Translations under genes and position numbers: made by a program
Shown: one piece after another, positions 17,884 through 27,812 of the stretch
How the letters are laid out: each line of letters starts with the position of its first letter
Position numbering within the stretch: position 1 is the stretch's first letter
Notes under the pieces: model-generated
Seen by the model: only the letters and a program-made list of their open reading frames with translations
Database searches by the model: none
Told to the model about the DNA's origin: nothing
Virus record (IMG/VR): IMGVR_UViG_3300017917_001353
Coordinates: 1 to 38,544 of that record
Strand: one strand, 5' to 3'
DNA from: a virus
Lineage: Duplodnaviria; Heunggongvirae; Uroviricota; Caudoviricetes
DNA length: 38,544 bases

Positions 17884-20109
17884 GTGGATTTTGGTTTACA
17901 GGCGCTCAAGAAAAATAAAATAGAAATACCGGAGCGTCCTTCTACTGATGTTGAAGATGCACGCCATCGAGCAATGATGGATGCTATCGCACCTTATGCA
18001 AAAAAGGTACAGCAGTCTAACGCAACACCGGTCTACATAGATTATAAAACAAGAAAGACAAAGTTAGTTTTAGTTATGTGCCCTGAGTGGGCGCCTGACA
18101 TGCCTCCTTTCAACCTAGCAAGACTAAGTGGTATTGCAAAGACTGCGGGCTATGAAACAAACATATTAGATCTCAATATCAGAGCCTACAACGAGTTTGA
18201 AAAGGTTTGGTGGCCTGAACGTAGGATTCCGTTCAGGCTTTGGAATCCCAGTGCCACATGGCATTGGTTAGGAGATAACTATTACAAATACATACATCCG
18301 TTGTTAGGACCGTTGCTTGAACAAGCAATCGAAGAAGTGCTGGCGTTAGAACCCGATGTTGTGGGGTTTACACAATACTACACTAGCGAACAACCTACCA
18401 ACTGGATGGCCGCTGAAATAAAGCGCAGAGCACCCCACATTAAAATTGCCGTTGGCGGAAGTAATGTACAAAAGGATTGGTTCTCCGCACCGGACTGCTA
18501 TGACTACGTTGTAGTAGGAGAAGGCGAACAGGCCCTTTTAAACATTCTAGACGAGATTGAAGAAAGCAAAGCCGAACCGGGGCAGAAACTAATTAAGCAA
18601 CCTGAAGATCAACGTATCAGCATTAACGATCTGCCTATGCCTGATTACGAAAGTATCGACTTTAGTCAATACAAAGTTCCTAACGGAGTTAACAGTGAAA
18701 TCAGCAGAGGTTGTACAGCAAAGTGTACATTCTGTGAAGAAACACACTTCTGGAAGTATCGTCAGCGTCAAGCAGTTGATCTTATTAAAGAAGTAGAATG
18801 GCTCTACTACAATAAAGGCACAGATGTTATTTGGTTCATTGACAGTCTAGTGAACGGTAATCTTAAAGAACTACGTGCATTCTGCAAAGCAGTTGAAGCA
18901 AAGAAGTTGCCTATACATTGGACAGGCTATGCTCGTTGCGACGGCCGTATGGACCTAGAATACTTCAAGGATCTAAAAGCAGGTGGTTGCATTATTCTTA
19001 ACTACGGTATTGAATCGGGTAGTCAGAAAGTACTCGACGATATGGCCAAGGGCGTAACTATTGCAGAGATGGAACAGAACTTCCGTGACGGTAAGTCTGT
19101 AGGAATCTATGCTGCAACTAACTGGATAGTTGGGTTTCCTACGGAACAGCATCAAGACTTTGCCGACACAATGACTCTTTTGTGGCGCATCAGGAATATG
19201 AATGTTAATAATATTGGCGCTGGCATGGGCTTTGGTCTAGGCCCAGAAACTATTGTTGGACAGAATCCTGCTAAGTTTAACCTGAGTGACTTCAGTTACA
19301 TGAATCACTGGATTACCAAAGATTTCAAACTAGGCGGTACACACGTTATGTCTAGAGTCAAAGCATTCTATACATTCATTGATATGATGCGCGGCACAAC
19401 TGCATTAGACTTTGGATATCCTATTCGTGACAATCTAGAAAAGGAACATTACAAGATTACACTAGATAGGCCCGGAAGGTTAAATGAAAATGTAAACTAC
19501 GAAAAGTTTGACTATAACATTATCAAACCTAACATCAATCCGTTTGCAGATAGTCTTGTAAATGAGATGTGGCCTTTCTTTAGATTGCTGTGGAGAGCCC
19601 GCGGCGGTTATGAAGCAGAAATTTACTTTAATCCTGAGATAGATCTAAAGGAGTTTGGTAGCCAGTACGGTCCTGGAATGTACAATGCCGTACTTAAATT
19701 TAAGATAACAGAAGATGGCAAATGGACTGCTGACTTTAAGTTTAAGTTTGAACAGGTTAAACTACCGCCGTATCAAGAAAAAGATCCAGACCGTTGCGGT
19801 CCTTTCTACTTTCAAGACTTTACACGTCTAAAGAGTAATACAGCCGCTCGTGCTAGAAAACTAGCCAAGCCCGAGTGGTCTACTGAACATGGTCGCAGCG
19901 ATATGGAGTTCTGGGAATTGATACAGGAAGAATTTAAGTTGAACAAAGAAATTGACTTTAGTTTCGAACATCACTATCAGGATACAGGGGATTGGGGTAA
20001 CTGGAAAGACTATGAAGTAGAAGTGTCTAATGTTTCTGCTATGGCTGTTCCTGAGCGCCCATCAGTATTTTCAATTCCGTTAGATAAGATCAAAAGGGCT
20101 AGTCAATGA
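17884..20109 (+). CDS. cobalamin-binding radical SAM enzyme (class B methyltransferase-like), GTG start
   Basis: B12 domain motifs MPPFNLARL, DVVGFT, IAVGGSN, DYVVVGEGEQ, LPMPDY. Then SRGCTAKCTFC, GIESGS, IVGFPTE, and a ~250-aa unassigned C-terminal extension. Confidence 0.88.
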   Translation: MDFGLQALKKNKIEIPERPSTDVEDARHRAMMDAIAPYAKKVQQSNATPVYIDYKTRKTKLVLVMCPEWAPDMPPFNLARLSGIAKTAGYETNILDLNIRAYNEFEKVWWPERRIPFRLWNPSATWHWLGDNYYKYIHPLLGPLLEQAIEEVLALEPDVVGFTQYYTSEQPTNWMAAEIKRRAPHIKIAVGGSNVQKDWFSAPDCYDYVVVGEGEQALLNILDEIEESKAEPGQKLIKQPEDQRISINDLPMPDYESIDFSQYKVPNGVNSEISRGCTAKCTFCEETHFWKYRQRQAVDLIKEVEWLYYNKGTDVIWFIDSLVNGNLKELRAFCKAVEAKKLPIHWTGYARCDGRMDLEYFKDLKAGGCIILNYGIESGSQKVLDDMAKGVTIAEMEQNFRDGKSVGIYAATNWIVGFPTEQHQDFADTMTLLWRIRNMNVNNIGAGMGFGLGPETIVGQNPAKFNLSDFSYMNHWITKDFKLGGTHVMSRVKAFYTFIDMMRGTTALDFGYPIRDNLEKEHYKITLDRPGRLNENVNYEKFDYNIIKPNINPFADSLVNEMWPFFRLLWRARGGYEAEIYFNPEIDLKEFGSQYGPGMYNAVLKFKITEDGKWTADFKFKFEQVKLPPYQEKDPDRCGPFYFQDFTRLKSNTAARARKLAKPEWSTEHGRSDMEFWELIQEEFKLNKEIDFSFEHHYQDTGDWGNWKDYEVEVSNVSAMAVPERPSVFSIPLDKIKRASQ

Positions 20110-20846
20110 AAGAGAAGTTGCTGCTAATATCAGGGTGTAGTCATGCTGCCGGATCTGAAATCGACGGAACCTCTGATAGCGCATACAATAGACAACACAG
20201 TTTTGGTAATCTACTTGCAGGTAAACTTGGACGCAGGCCTGTTAACATTGCATTGAGCGGCTCTACCAATCAAGGAATTGCAAGAACTGTGTTAGAGTGG
20301 ATGGATAAGAACTATGATCCAGACACACAGGATCTTATGGTGCTAACTTCATGGACCGAAAGCACACGTATGGAGATTCCTATGACTCGTCCAACACACT
20401 ACGAGCAATGGAATACCTCTAGTGACTTCCTGTCAGAGCAGTCTAGAGGATTCTTTAGAGTCAACTTTGGCTATAAAGGAACACACAAGGATGAACAAGA
20501 GATCATAGCACGATGCCATTCCTTTATGGTTGATCCTATGAATCAAGTGTATCTTGAAATACTCAGCGCCTCTATTGTTTTGAAGATGCAATACTTTTTC
20601 AAATTGCACAACATACCTTATCTAATGTGCAACACCATGCACATGTTCAGTGACGACGATCATCTTAGATTTTATCTAAGCCTCATTGATCAAACTACCT
20701 ATTTCAATATGACTGATGGCAAGGAAGATTTTTATTGGAAGTACGATCGTCTGGGATATAAAAACACAAAGGCAACCTACTGGCATCATGGAGAAGAGCC
20801 GCACAGTCTCTATGCAGACGAACTGTTTTCCTTCATCAATAAATAG
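20106..20846 (+). CDS. SGNH/GDSL-like acyl hydrolase or transferase
   Basis: Block I ISGCSHAAG, block II SGSTN, C-terminal YWHHGEEPH. Confidence 0.65.
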   Translation: MKEKLLLISGCSHAAGSEIDGTSDSAYNRQHSFGNLLAGKLGRRPVNIALSGSTNQGIARTVLEWMDKNYDPDTQDLMVLTSWTESTRMEIPMTRPTHYEQWNTSSDFLSEQSRGFFRVNFGYKGTHKDEQEIIARCHSFMVDPMNQVYLEILSASIVLKMQYFFKLHNIPYLMCNTMHMFSDDDHLRFYLSLIDQTTYFNMTDGKEDFYWKYDRLGYKNTKATYWHHGEEPHSLYADELFSFINK

Positions 20847-20853
20847 GTATATA

Positions 20854-22284
20854 ATGAAACACAGAATACCTTTCTTTTACGATTACGTTTTACCTAACAC
20901 AGTTTTACCAAATGCCCTTCCACTCGAAATGGGCATTGTAAACTTTATTCATACACACTATTCAGATAGATTAGATACTGAAAGTTTCTTTGACGAAGAC
21001 TTAGACATACCGTTAAACCCTTTTAAGCGCATGTTCGGCGACAGAATGGGCGATATGCCTCAAAGCCTACGCATGAATGGTTCTTACCTTAGAAATCCCT
21101 GCTTCAATGATCGAGTAGACATCTACGAAAATAGCCTTTACTTTGGTAAAAGAGATCTAGTACAGCAAGGGTACAATCGTTATGTTTACCCTATTAAGGT
21201 TACACTACACTTCTCTAGATTTACCGGCACGGACGATGTAGGCAGCAAGTTAAACGGCGAGTACTTCTGGAAACATATCAGTGAAGAAGCACTCAAAGAT
21301 CTACGTGCGGGCCATGCTGTTGCTTTCTTAGACTGGTCTAACGAAAACTTCATTGATCAAACAGACTATGCTAATCTACACTACGCTATTAGATCTAGCG
21401 GCATTCCAAAAGAGAATATCATTCTTTCTGTGAACAGTTTTAATGCACAGCAGGTCTACGAGTCTTGGTTCGCTCCTCACGAACAGCGCCTACAGGTACG
21501 AAACTTGCCTTATATTATCAATCAGATATCCTACTTCTATGCTACAAACAAAGAAAGTAGGCTCGATGAAAAAACATTTAGAGAAAGCAAAGATAGAATT
21601 AGAGACAACTACTTTGTATTTCCTATGCGCCGAGGTAGAGATCATAGATTTGCAATGCTGTTCAAGTTCGCATCAGACGGAACACTAGACAAAGCAGATT
21701 GGTCCTGTTTAGACAACTCTGGTAATTTCGATTCTGCATTTTCTAAAGCAAATTGCTTTCCTCTAGGTTACGATATTGATGCCTGCAGAAAAGCCTACGA
21801 ACATACTCCTAAGACTCTAAACACAGAACAGGGCAGTACATTTTATACTGTTCACGGATGGAACGATAAACACGCACAGCCTAGTGCCAACGCCTACTTC
21901 TATGTTGCAACTGAAACCTATGTTCACGGTATCTACAAGTCAATGACTGAAAAGGTATTCAAACCTGTTGCAAACTTTAATCCTTTCTTGTTAGTGTCCT
22001 TCCCGGGTGCTTTAGAAGAACTTAGAAACTTAGGCTTTAAAACATTTAGCGGCTTCATTGACGAAAGTTATGATCTAGAACAAGATCCTACTAAACGTAT
22101 GGAAATGATTGCAGCAGAAGTTAAGCGCCTTTGCAGTATGAGTAAGGAAGAACTACACAACTGGTATTGGCAGATGGAAGACATCCTAGTACATAACCAT
22201 AATCTTATTATGACTATCTACCAGACTGAAAAGCACAGTACAGAGTTTATTAACTTCTTGCACAATAGAGTAAGGAACCCCTAA
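20854..22284 (+). CDS. putative GT-B glycosyltransferase (ET..TEK..KP..GFKTF..IDESYD family); start revised from 20716
   Basis: C-terminal YFYVATET..SMTEKVFKPV..LRNLGFKTFSGFIDESYD. ATG 20854 follows the upstream stop and an ATAAATA box. The 20716 start would overlap the previous gene by 131 nt. Confidence 0.65.
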   Translation: MKHRIPFFYDYVLPNTVLPNALPLEMGIVNFIHTHYSDRLDTESFFDEDLDIPLNPFKRMFGDRMGDMPQSLRMNGSYLRNPCFNDRVDIYENSLYFGKRDLVQQGYNRYVYPIKVTLHFSRFTGTDDVGSKLNGEYFWKHISEEALKDLRAGHAVAFLDWSNENFIDQTDYANLHYAIRSSGIPKENIILSVNSFNAQQVYESWFAPHEQRLQVRNLPYIINQISYFYATNKESRLDEKTFRESKDRIRDNYFVFPMRRGRDHRFAMLFKFASDGTLDKADWSCLDNSGNFDSAFSKANCFPLGYDIDACRKAYEHTPKTLNTEQGSTFYTVHGWNDKHAQPSANAYFYVATETYVHGIYKSMTEKVFKPVANFNPFLLVSFPGALEELRNLGFKTFSGFIDESYDLEQDPTKRMEMIAAEVKRLCSMSKEELHNWYWQMEDILVHNHNLIMTIYQTEKHSTEFINFLHNRVRNP

Positions 22285-22829
22285 TGAACTACAAATTAAA
22301 TCAGTGGGACCACTTTGATACCTCGTATCTAAAAACCTTTGGGCAGGAAGTACCTGTCTATAGTCCCAGTGTCTATAGAGAATATAGAGGAGAGATCTTT
22401 ACTACATTCCATAGCACAGCACACCCTGTTATGCAGTTATTACCAGAACAGGTAAACGTACACGGCCGCTTTAGTAAATCATTCAAAGGTGTCTTAAGGG
22501 GATTACACTATGACACAAAGACTTGGAAGTTAGTACAGGCTCTAGTGGGAGAAATATATCTTGTGGTGCTAGATGTTAGACAAAACAGTCCAACATATGG
22601 AAAGTGGGAGTCCTACATTATCAGCGAACGTACTCGAGATCAAGTGTTGGTTCCTCCGGGCTTTGCCAACGGACACTTTGCACTTACGGATTGTATATTT
22701 CATTATAACCTTTTCTACGAAGGAGACTATGTAGACGAAAATGCACAGGGTGTAGTGAAGTGGAATGATATTAGATTTGAAATTGAATGGCCTACAGACA
22801 CACCCATTCTGCAACGGAGAGACAGATGA
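22284..22829 (+). CDS. rmlC: dTDP-4-dehydrorhamnose 3,5-epimerase-like cupin
   Basis: GVLRGLHY (catalytic His), WKLV (Lys), DVRQNSPTYGKW, VLVPPGFANGH, FHY. Confidence 0.88.
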   Translation: MNYKLNQWDHFDTSYLKTFGQEVPVYSPSVYREYRGEIFTTFHSTAHPVMQLLPEQVNVHGRFSKSFKGVLRGLHYDTKTWKLVQALVGEIYLVVLDVRQNSPTYGKWESYIISERTRDQVLVPPGFANGHFALTDCIFHYNLFYEGDYVDENAQGVVKWNDIRFEIEWPTDTPILQRRDR

Positions 22830-23452
22830 TTAATTTAAAGCATTACAGCATAGTACGGGATCATGGCATGACAGCAGATGATCTAATAAATTTTGAAAAC
22901 AAAATAGTTGAACATTGGGAAAATGCTAAAATTAGAGGCCCGGTGCACCTTTCTAACGGAAATGAAGGGCAACTGATAGAGATATTCAAACGCATTAGAA
23001 CAACAGATTGGGTATTCAGCACATGGCGCAGTCATTATCATGCATTGTTAAAGGGCATAGATCCTAACTGGATCGAAAGCGAAATCCTTGCAGGTCGTTC
23101 TATTACACTGTGCAACATTGACGAAAAGTTTTATTCTAGCGCCATTGTAACTGCGACACTGCCTATCGCTCTAGGCACCGCTCTTTCGATTAAAAGATCC
23201 GGCGGTACTGATAAGGTGTGGGTGTTTGTAGGCGATATGAGTTTTGAAAGTGGTATATTCTATGAAGTACACAAGTATGCGAGAAACTTTGATCTTCCCC
23301 TTTATTTTGTTGTGGAAGATAACGGTGTATCTACATACACACCTACTGAAATAACATGGAATATTAAAAGAGATATTCCTAAAGATGTAATTTACTACAA
23401 CTACAAATCAAAATATCCTCACTACGGCTCAGGTAAATGGATAGCGTTCTAA
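22826..23452 (+). CDS. minimal TPP-dependent E1 alpha-like subunit; start revised from 22787
   Basis: PVHLSNGNE, STWRSHYHAL, and TPP-binding motif VGDMS..VVEDN. ATG 22826 overlaps the rmlC stop as ATGA. Confidence 0.85.
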   Translation: MINLKHYSIVRDHGMTADDLINFENKIVEHWENAKIRGPVHLSNGNEGQLIEIFKRIRTTDWVFSTWRSHYHALLKGIDPNWIESEILAGRSITLCNIDEKFYSSAIVTATLPIALGTALSIKRSGGTDKVWVFVGDMSFESGIFYEVHKYARNFDLPLYFVVEDNGVSTYTPTEITWNIKRDIPKDVIYYNYKSKYPHYGSGKWIAF

Positions 23453-24762
23453 CAGCAGTATATTCAAATTGGTATACCGCAAACGGAACAGATTATCCTT
23501 TACCTAACGGAATGTCTGCAGATTTGCTACACTGGGTCACACAGGTAGCAAAATTAAATCCTCAAGGCCCATTTGATCGTTTAGATGATTTGGAAACTAG
23601 ATTCTTTTACAACGATCCTAATTCACATTATTACTTTAGAAATTCTAACTTTTATTTTCATTGCTTGAGAAATAATATTCCTTTTGTAAATGAAGAAGAA
23701 GTAAACAATGGAAACTATGTTTATCCTATTGAGATAGAATCAAACACAATTCAGTTTATTATAAATCCTCCTGCTTCTTATAACTTTGCATCTACTTTGA
23801 GCAGCAGGATGTTATCTCTATTAAGGTCTGGTAAGGTAAAACTGTTACTAGTTAATATGGTAGATCCTTCACTAGAACCTTCTGTGATTAAAGAAGTAGA
23901 AACTTACTTTGCTAATTTAGGTATCAACAAAATAGTTTTATTACAGGGAAATGTGCGTAAAGATATTAACACAGATATTCTTCAATTAGAATCAGTGTTA
24001 GCAGCGTATCAAACAGCAGAAGAAATGCCCAGATATCCTTATCAAACATCGCTAGGATATGTCAGCGATTACGTTAGGGTACAGGATTTAGATAATACTC
24101 TTAGAACAAAAAAGTTTCTATCGTTTAATAGATTTTTAGATAGGTCAAATAGATCCGGTCTCGCTTACCTTGCGGTTCGTTATAATCTCTTAGAACAGGG
24201 TTATTTTAGTTTTCTATGTAATTCAAAGGACGATTACGCAGACAGACTGCGCCGTTTGGATTTACCAGAAGAGTATGCTGAACAGATACGATCAATCGTG
24301 CCTTACCAAATAGACACACACCATTTACCGCAGGACGATTTATCTAAATTTTTTACAGTTACAAACTACAGAAAAGATCTGTACATAAACTCGTATGTTC
24401 ATATAGTTACAGAAACACAGTTTGAAGAAACCGCTAGCCCATTCTTTAGTGAAAAAACATTTAGACCCATACTTAACCTACAGCCTTTTATACACCTTGG
24501 TAACAGCGGATCATTAAATACACTGAGAATGATGGGGTTTAAAACATTTGCTCCGTTTATTAATGAAGATTATGACAGCGAACAAGATCCGGTAAAACGC
24601 TTTAAGTTAGCAGCCGAGGAAATATTACGCCTAGCCGATATGCCTATAGAACAAGTGCATGAATGGTACTATTCTATGAGAGACATATTAATACATAATC
24701 AACAAACATTAGAAACATTTAGAACATACAATCCTTTATGGCAACTTCAAAATATAAGTTAG
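23437..24762 (+). CDS. putative glycosyltransferase, paralog of 20854-22284
   Basis: YVHIVTET..FFSEKTFRPILNLQPFI..GFKTFAPFINEDYD. Confidence 0.65.
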   Translation: MDSVLTAVYSNWYTANGTDYPLPNGMSADLLHWVTQVAKLNPQGPFDRLDDLETRFFYNDPNSHYYFRNSNFYFHCLRNNIPFVNEEEVNNGNYVYPIEIESNTIQFIINPPASYNFASTLSSRMLSLLRSGKVKLLLVNMVDPSLEPSVIKEVETYFANLGINKIVLLQGNVRKDINTDILQLESVLAAYQTAEEMPRYPYQTSLGYVSDYVRVQDLDNTLRTKKFLSFNRFLDRSNRSGLAYLAVRYNLLEQGYFSFLCNSKDDYADRLRRLDLPEEYAEQIRSIVPYQIDTHHLPQDDLSKFFTVTNYRKDLYINSYVHIVTETQFEETASPFFSEKTFRPILNLQPFIHLGNSGSLNTLRMMGFKTFAPFINEDYDSEQDPVKRFKLAAEEILRLADMPIEQVHEWYYSMRDILIHNQQTLETFRTYNPLWQLQNIS

Positions 24763-26141
24763 TTTATTCAACTTGGGTTAATTGTGCCCAAGGCCATCTT
24801 CCCGTTGCCAACGGAAATCATTTAACCGTAGCAAAATGGATAGAAAGTACGATAAATGAAACGGCTAATCCATTCAGCATCTACGATAGATTTTCAGAAT
24901 TAGAATCTACATTTCAAGTCAAGGACTCGGGAATAGTATACAGACATTCAAACCTGTATTATTATTTTAAAAAGCACTACGGCACTGAAAATATTATTTC
25001 ACATGACCGGATTGCCGACGACGATAGTTTATATTTTTATCCTTACGAAGTAGAAGGACAGAATATCAATTACTTCTATTCTGGATTTAAGTTTACCCAA
25101 GACGGACAGCAGATAGAATATAATTTTGTTGATTCATTACCTCCAGTAGTGCTAGAACATTTGCGATCCGGTAAATTAAAGATCTTAATAGCCAGTACGA
25201 CAGAACCAACATATGGTAAAGATACATTAGCCTATATTGAAAAAGGATTAAGTAGTATCGGGATTGATCCCTCGAACATATATGTGGCGTTCGGTAACAC
25301 GCTTACCAACTACTCGGGTAGATTAAAACAGGTAACTGCCCATGCTTCGCTGCAACAACAAGCAGAGATTGCAGACAAGTATCCTATAGAAAGAAGTTCT
25401 CTAGGTTACCCTTGCGACTATCCTCGTGTACACGAATTAGACAATACTAGGATTAGACCTAAGAGATTCCTGTGCTGGAATAGAACAATGAATAGACCTC
25501 ATAGGTTAGCCATTGCTTATATAGCACTCAAGTACGACCTATTAAGTGATAGTACGTTTAGTTTCATACACGGGGTATCTCGCCATCATATCGATGACCT
25601 GCGTTCTCTAATTGATGACTCGTACAATGACATCTTAATACTTGCGTCGAAGATAGTAAGCATGATCCCGTATGAAGTAGATACACAGGATCTAACACTA
25701 GATGGCAAGCAAGGCTTCCAAACAAACGAAAACAACAAGAAAGAATTTTATGCAGACTCTTATCTGCATATAACTTCGGAAACTTGCTTCGATGCACACG
25801 GTAGTCCATTTATGTCAGAGAAGACCTTCCGACCTATTTTAAACCTGCAACCGTTTATCTATATAGGAAACTATAAGGGACTTGAAGAACTACGACGGTT
25901 AGGATTTAAAACATTTGATGGTTATATAGATGAGAGTTACGATCTTGAACCTGATCCAAAAAAGAGATTTGCTATGATTACAGCAGAGATTCTACGCTTT
26001 GCAAAAATGTCAAAGGAAGAACTACACAATTGGTATCATTCAGTTACTGACATACTGATCTATAATCAACAACACTTCTTAACATTTAAAGATTTTAATC
26101 CATTACAGAATATATTTGAAGGGCACGATCATGGAGTTTAA
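24738..26141 (+). CDS. putative glycosyltransferase, tandem paralog
   Basis: YLHITSET..FMSEKTFRPILNLQPFI..GFKTFDGYIDESYD. The N-terminus also aligns with 23437-24762. Confidence 0.65.
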   Translation: MATSKYKLVYSTWVNCAQGHLPVANGNHLTVAKWIESTINETANPFSIYDRFSELESTFQVKDSGIVYRHSNLYYYFKKHYGTENIISHDRIADDDSLYFYPYEVEGQNINYFYSGFKFTQDGQQIEYNFVDSLPPVVLEHLRSGKLKILIASTTEPTYGKDTLAYIEKGLSSIGIDPSNIYVAFGNTLTNYSGRLKQVTAHASLQQQAEIADKYPIERSSLGYPCDYPRVHELDNTRIRPKRFLCWNRTMNRPHRLAIAYIALKYDLLSDSTFSFIHGVSRHHIDDLRSLIDDSYNDILILASKIVSMIPYEVDTQDLTLDGKQGFQTNENNKKEFYADSYLHITSETCFDAHGSPFMSEKTFRPILNLQPFIYIGNYKGLEELRRLGFKTFDGYIDESYDLEPDPKKRFAMITAEILRFAKMSKEELHNWYHSVTDILIYNQQHFLTFKDFNPLQNIFEGHDHGV

Positions 26142-27111
26142 AGACAAACGAGTTGTAATTACTGGCGCTAGTGGGCTAGTCGGATACCCTACTGTAGTTA
26201 AGTGCTTGGAAGAAGGCGCCAAAGAAGTTATTGCAGTTGATATTAAGATCAGCGACGAACTACATCAATTAAAGTCAAAGTATCCTATCGGTCAACTTAC
26301 CCTACGACAGTTAGATCTAACCTACTTCAACAACTGCGAAAGTCTCTTCTCAACCGAAGTGGATATTTGTTTACACCTTGCAGGTATCAAAGGCAGTCCT
26401 AGCCGTGCCGCAAAACAACCAGCAGACTATCTGTTTCCTATGATGATGTTTAATACTAACATGATCAAAGCAGCATTTGATGCAAAGGTTAAATGGTTTG
26501 TCTATACATCTTCGGTAGGTGTTTATCAGCCTGCAGATGTTATGGAAGAAGATACTGTTTGGTCTACAATGCCCAGCAAGAACGATTGGTATCCTGGATG
26601 GAGCAAGCGCATGGGCGAACTAGCAATAGAATCTTTACAGGTTCAACACGATTGGCATAAGTGGACAGTAATTCGCCCCGCCAATATTTACGGTGTTAAA
26701 GATAACTTTGCACAGGACGCAACAGTTATTGGTGCTAACGTATGGAAGGTGTTTAACACTGAAGGCGATGAAATTGTTTGTTGGGGGAACGGATCTGCCC
26801 GCAGGGATTTTGTATTCGGTGACGATGTTGCACAAGCCGTAATCGATTCAGTTAAGAAAGAAGTTAACGATGTTATTAACTTTGGCTGCGGAAAAGCAGT
26901 TACAATCAAGGAAACTATTGAAACAATAGTTGATCTATATCAAGAACAAACAGGCAAGACAAAAACTATTGTTTGGGACGAAACAAAGCCTAATGGTGAT
27001 ATGCTTCGTTGTCTAAGCTCTAAAAAGCAAAAGAAGTATGGAATACTACCTACTACAACTTTACGAGAAGGACTGCAAAAAGTTATTGCTGCCTACGGAA
27101 ATAAGAAATGA
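26131..27111 (+). CDS. extended SDR NDP-sugar epimerase/reductase with non-canonical active site; start revised from 26116
   Basis: ITGASGLVG Rossmann motif, HLAGIKGS, TSS, WYPGWSKRMGE, RPANIYG, RDFVFGDDVA. Confidence 0.85.
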   Translation: MEFKDKRVVITGASGLVGYPTVVKCLEEGAKEVIAVDIKISDELHQLKSKYPIGQLTLRQLDLTYFNNCESLFSTEVDICLHLAGIKGSPSRAAKQPADYLFPMMMFNTNMIKAAFDAKVKWFVYTSSVGVYQPADVMEEDTVWSTMPSKNDWYPGWSKRMGELAIESLQVQHDWHKWTVIRPANIYGVKDNFAQDATVIGANVWKVFNTEGDEIVCWGNGSARRDFVFGDDVAQAVIDSVKKEVNDVINFGCGKAVTIKETIETIVDLYQEQTGKTKTIVWDETKPNGDMLRCLSSKKQKKYGILPTTTLREGLQKVIAAYGNKK

Positions 27112-27812
27112 TTGACTACGATCAATATCACAACACAGGTTACGGAATCTACAACCTTGCTGATCTCCTTAGCAAGGAAGACCTTGCTGAGTTTGAACAA
27201 CTTGCAGAAAGCGCATGTTCTGTTCCTATCAACGACGACACCTTTAGATATGTTTGTTCTGTTGTAGGATTCCATAATGATCCAGAGTGGCCTTTTAAAA
27301 GCCCTGCAAGTGAAAGAGATCGCCTGTTGCAAAAAGCCAAAGATGCAGGAGTACACATTTCTCAAAGATGGTACGAGTCAAACTCGAACTCAAAATTAAT
27401 AGAAAATTTTAGACGAGTAGTTAATAAATTTTTACCTAACTTCTACCCAGAACTAAAGAACATTCATCATCAGGATGCTATATCTGCATACTTAGACGGC
27501 GATCATACTGAATTTCACAGGGATGGACAAAACCAAGGACGAACCTGTGTTGTATTACTTTACTTAACACATGAAGACCAGTATAATAGTTCTGGTGAAC
27601 TCGCAGTTATGGGCGACGAAGAAACAAAAGATATTGATCGGGCAATCAAGTGCCCGCCAGTTAGAGGCAAAGTGGCTTTGCTAGACTTTAACAACCATAA
27701 TCCGTTTCACGGAGTGTTGCCAGTAAAGGATAAGTTCGACAGACGATGCTATATCTCGTTTGTTTGGAACATAGATAGAATGCCTAACGATATTAGACCA
27801 AAGGGATATTAA
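27108..27812 (+). CDS. 2OG-Fe(II) oxygenase (prolyl-hydroxylase-like)
   Basis: FHRDG (HxD), VVLLYL, NPFHGVLPV (distal His), RRCYISF (2OG-binding Arg). Confidence 0.8.
   Translation: MIDYDQYHNTGYGIYNLADLLSKEDLAEFEQLAESACSVPINDDTFRYVCSVVGFHNDPEWPFKSPASERDRLLQKAKDAGVHISQRWYESNSNSKLIENFRRVVNKFLPNFYPELKNIHHQDAISAYLDGDHTEFHRDGQNQGRTCVVLLYLTHEDQYNSSGELAVMGDEETKDIDRAIKCPPVRGKVALLDFNNHNPFHGVLPVKDKFDRRCYISFVWNIDRMPNDIRPKGY

Noticed and set aside
22640-22690. RmlC GFANGH instead of canonical GFAHGF as a sign of inactivation
   Set aside because: The catalytic His (RGLH), Lys and Tyr positions are retained, so this alone does not show loss of function.
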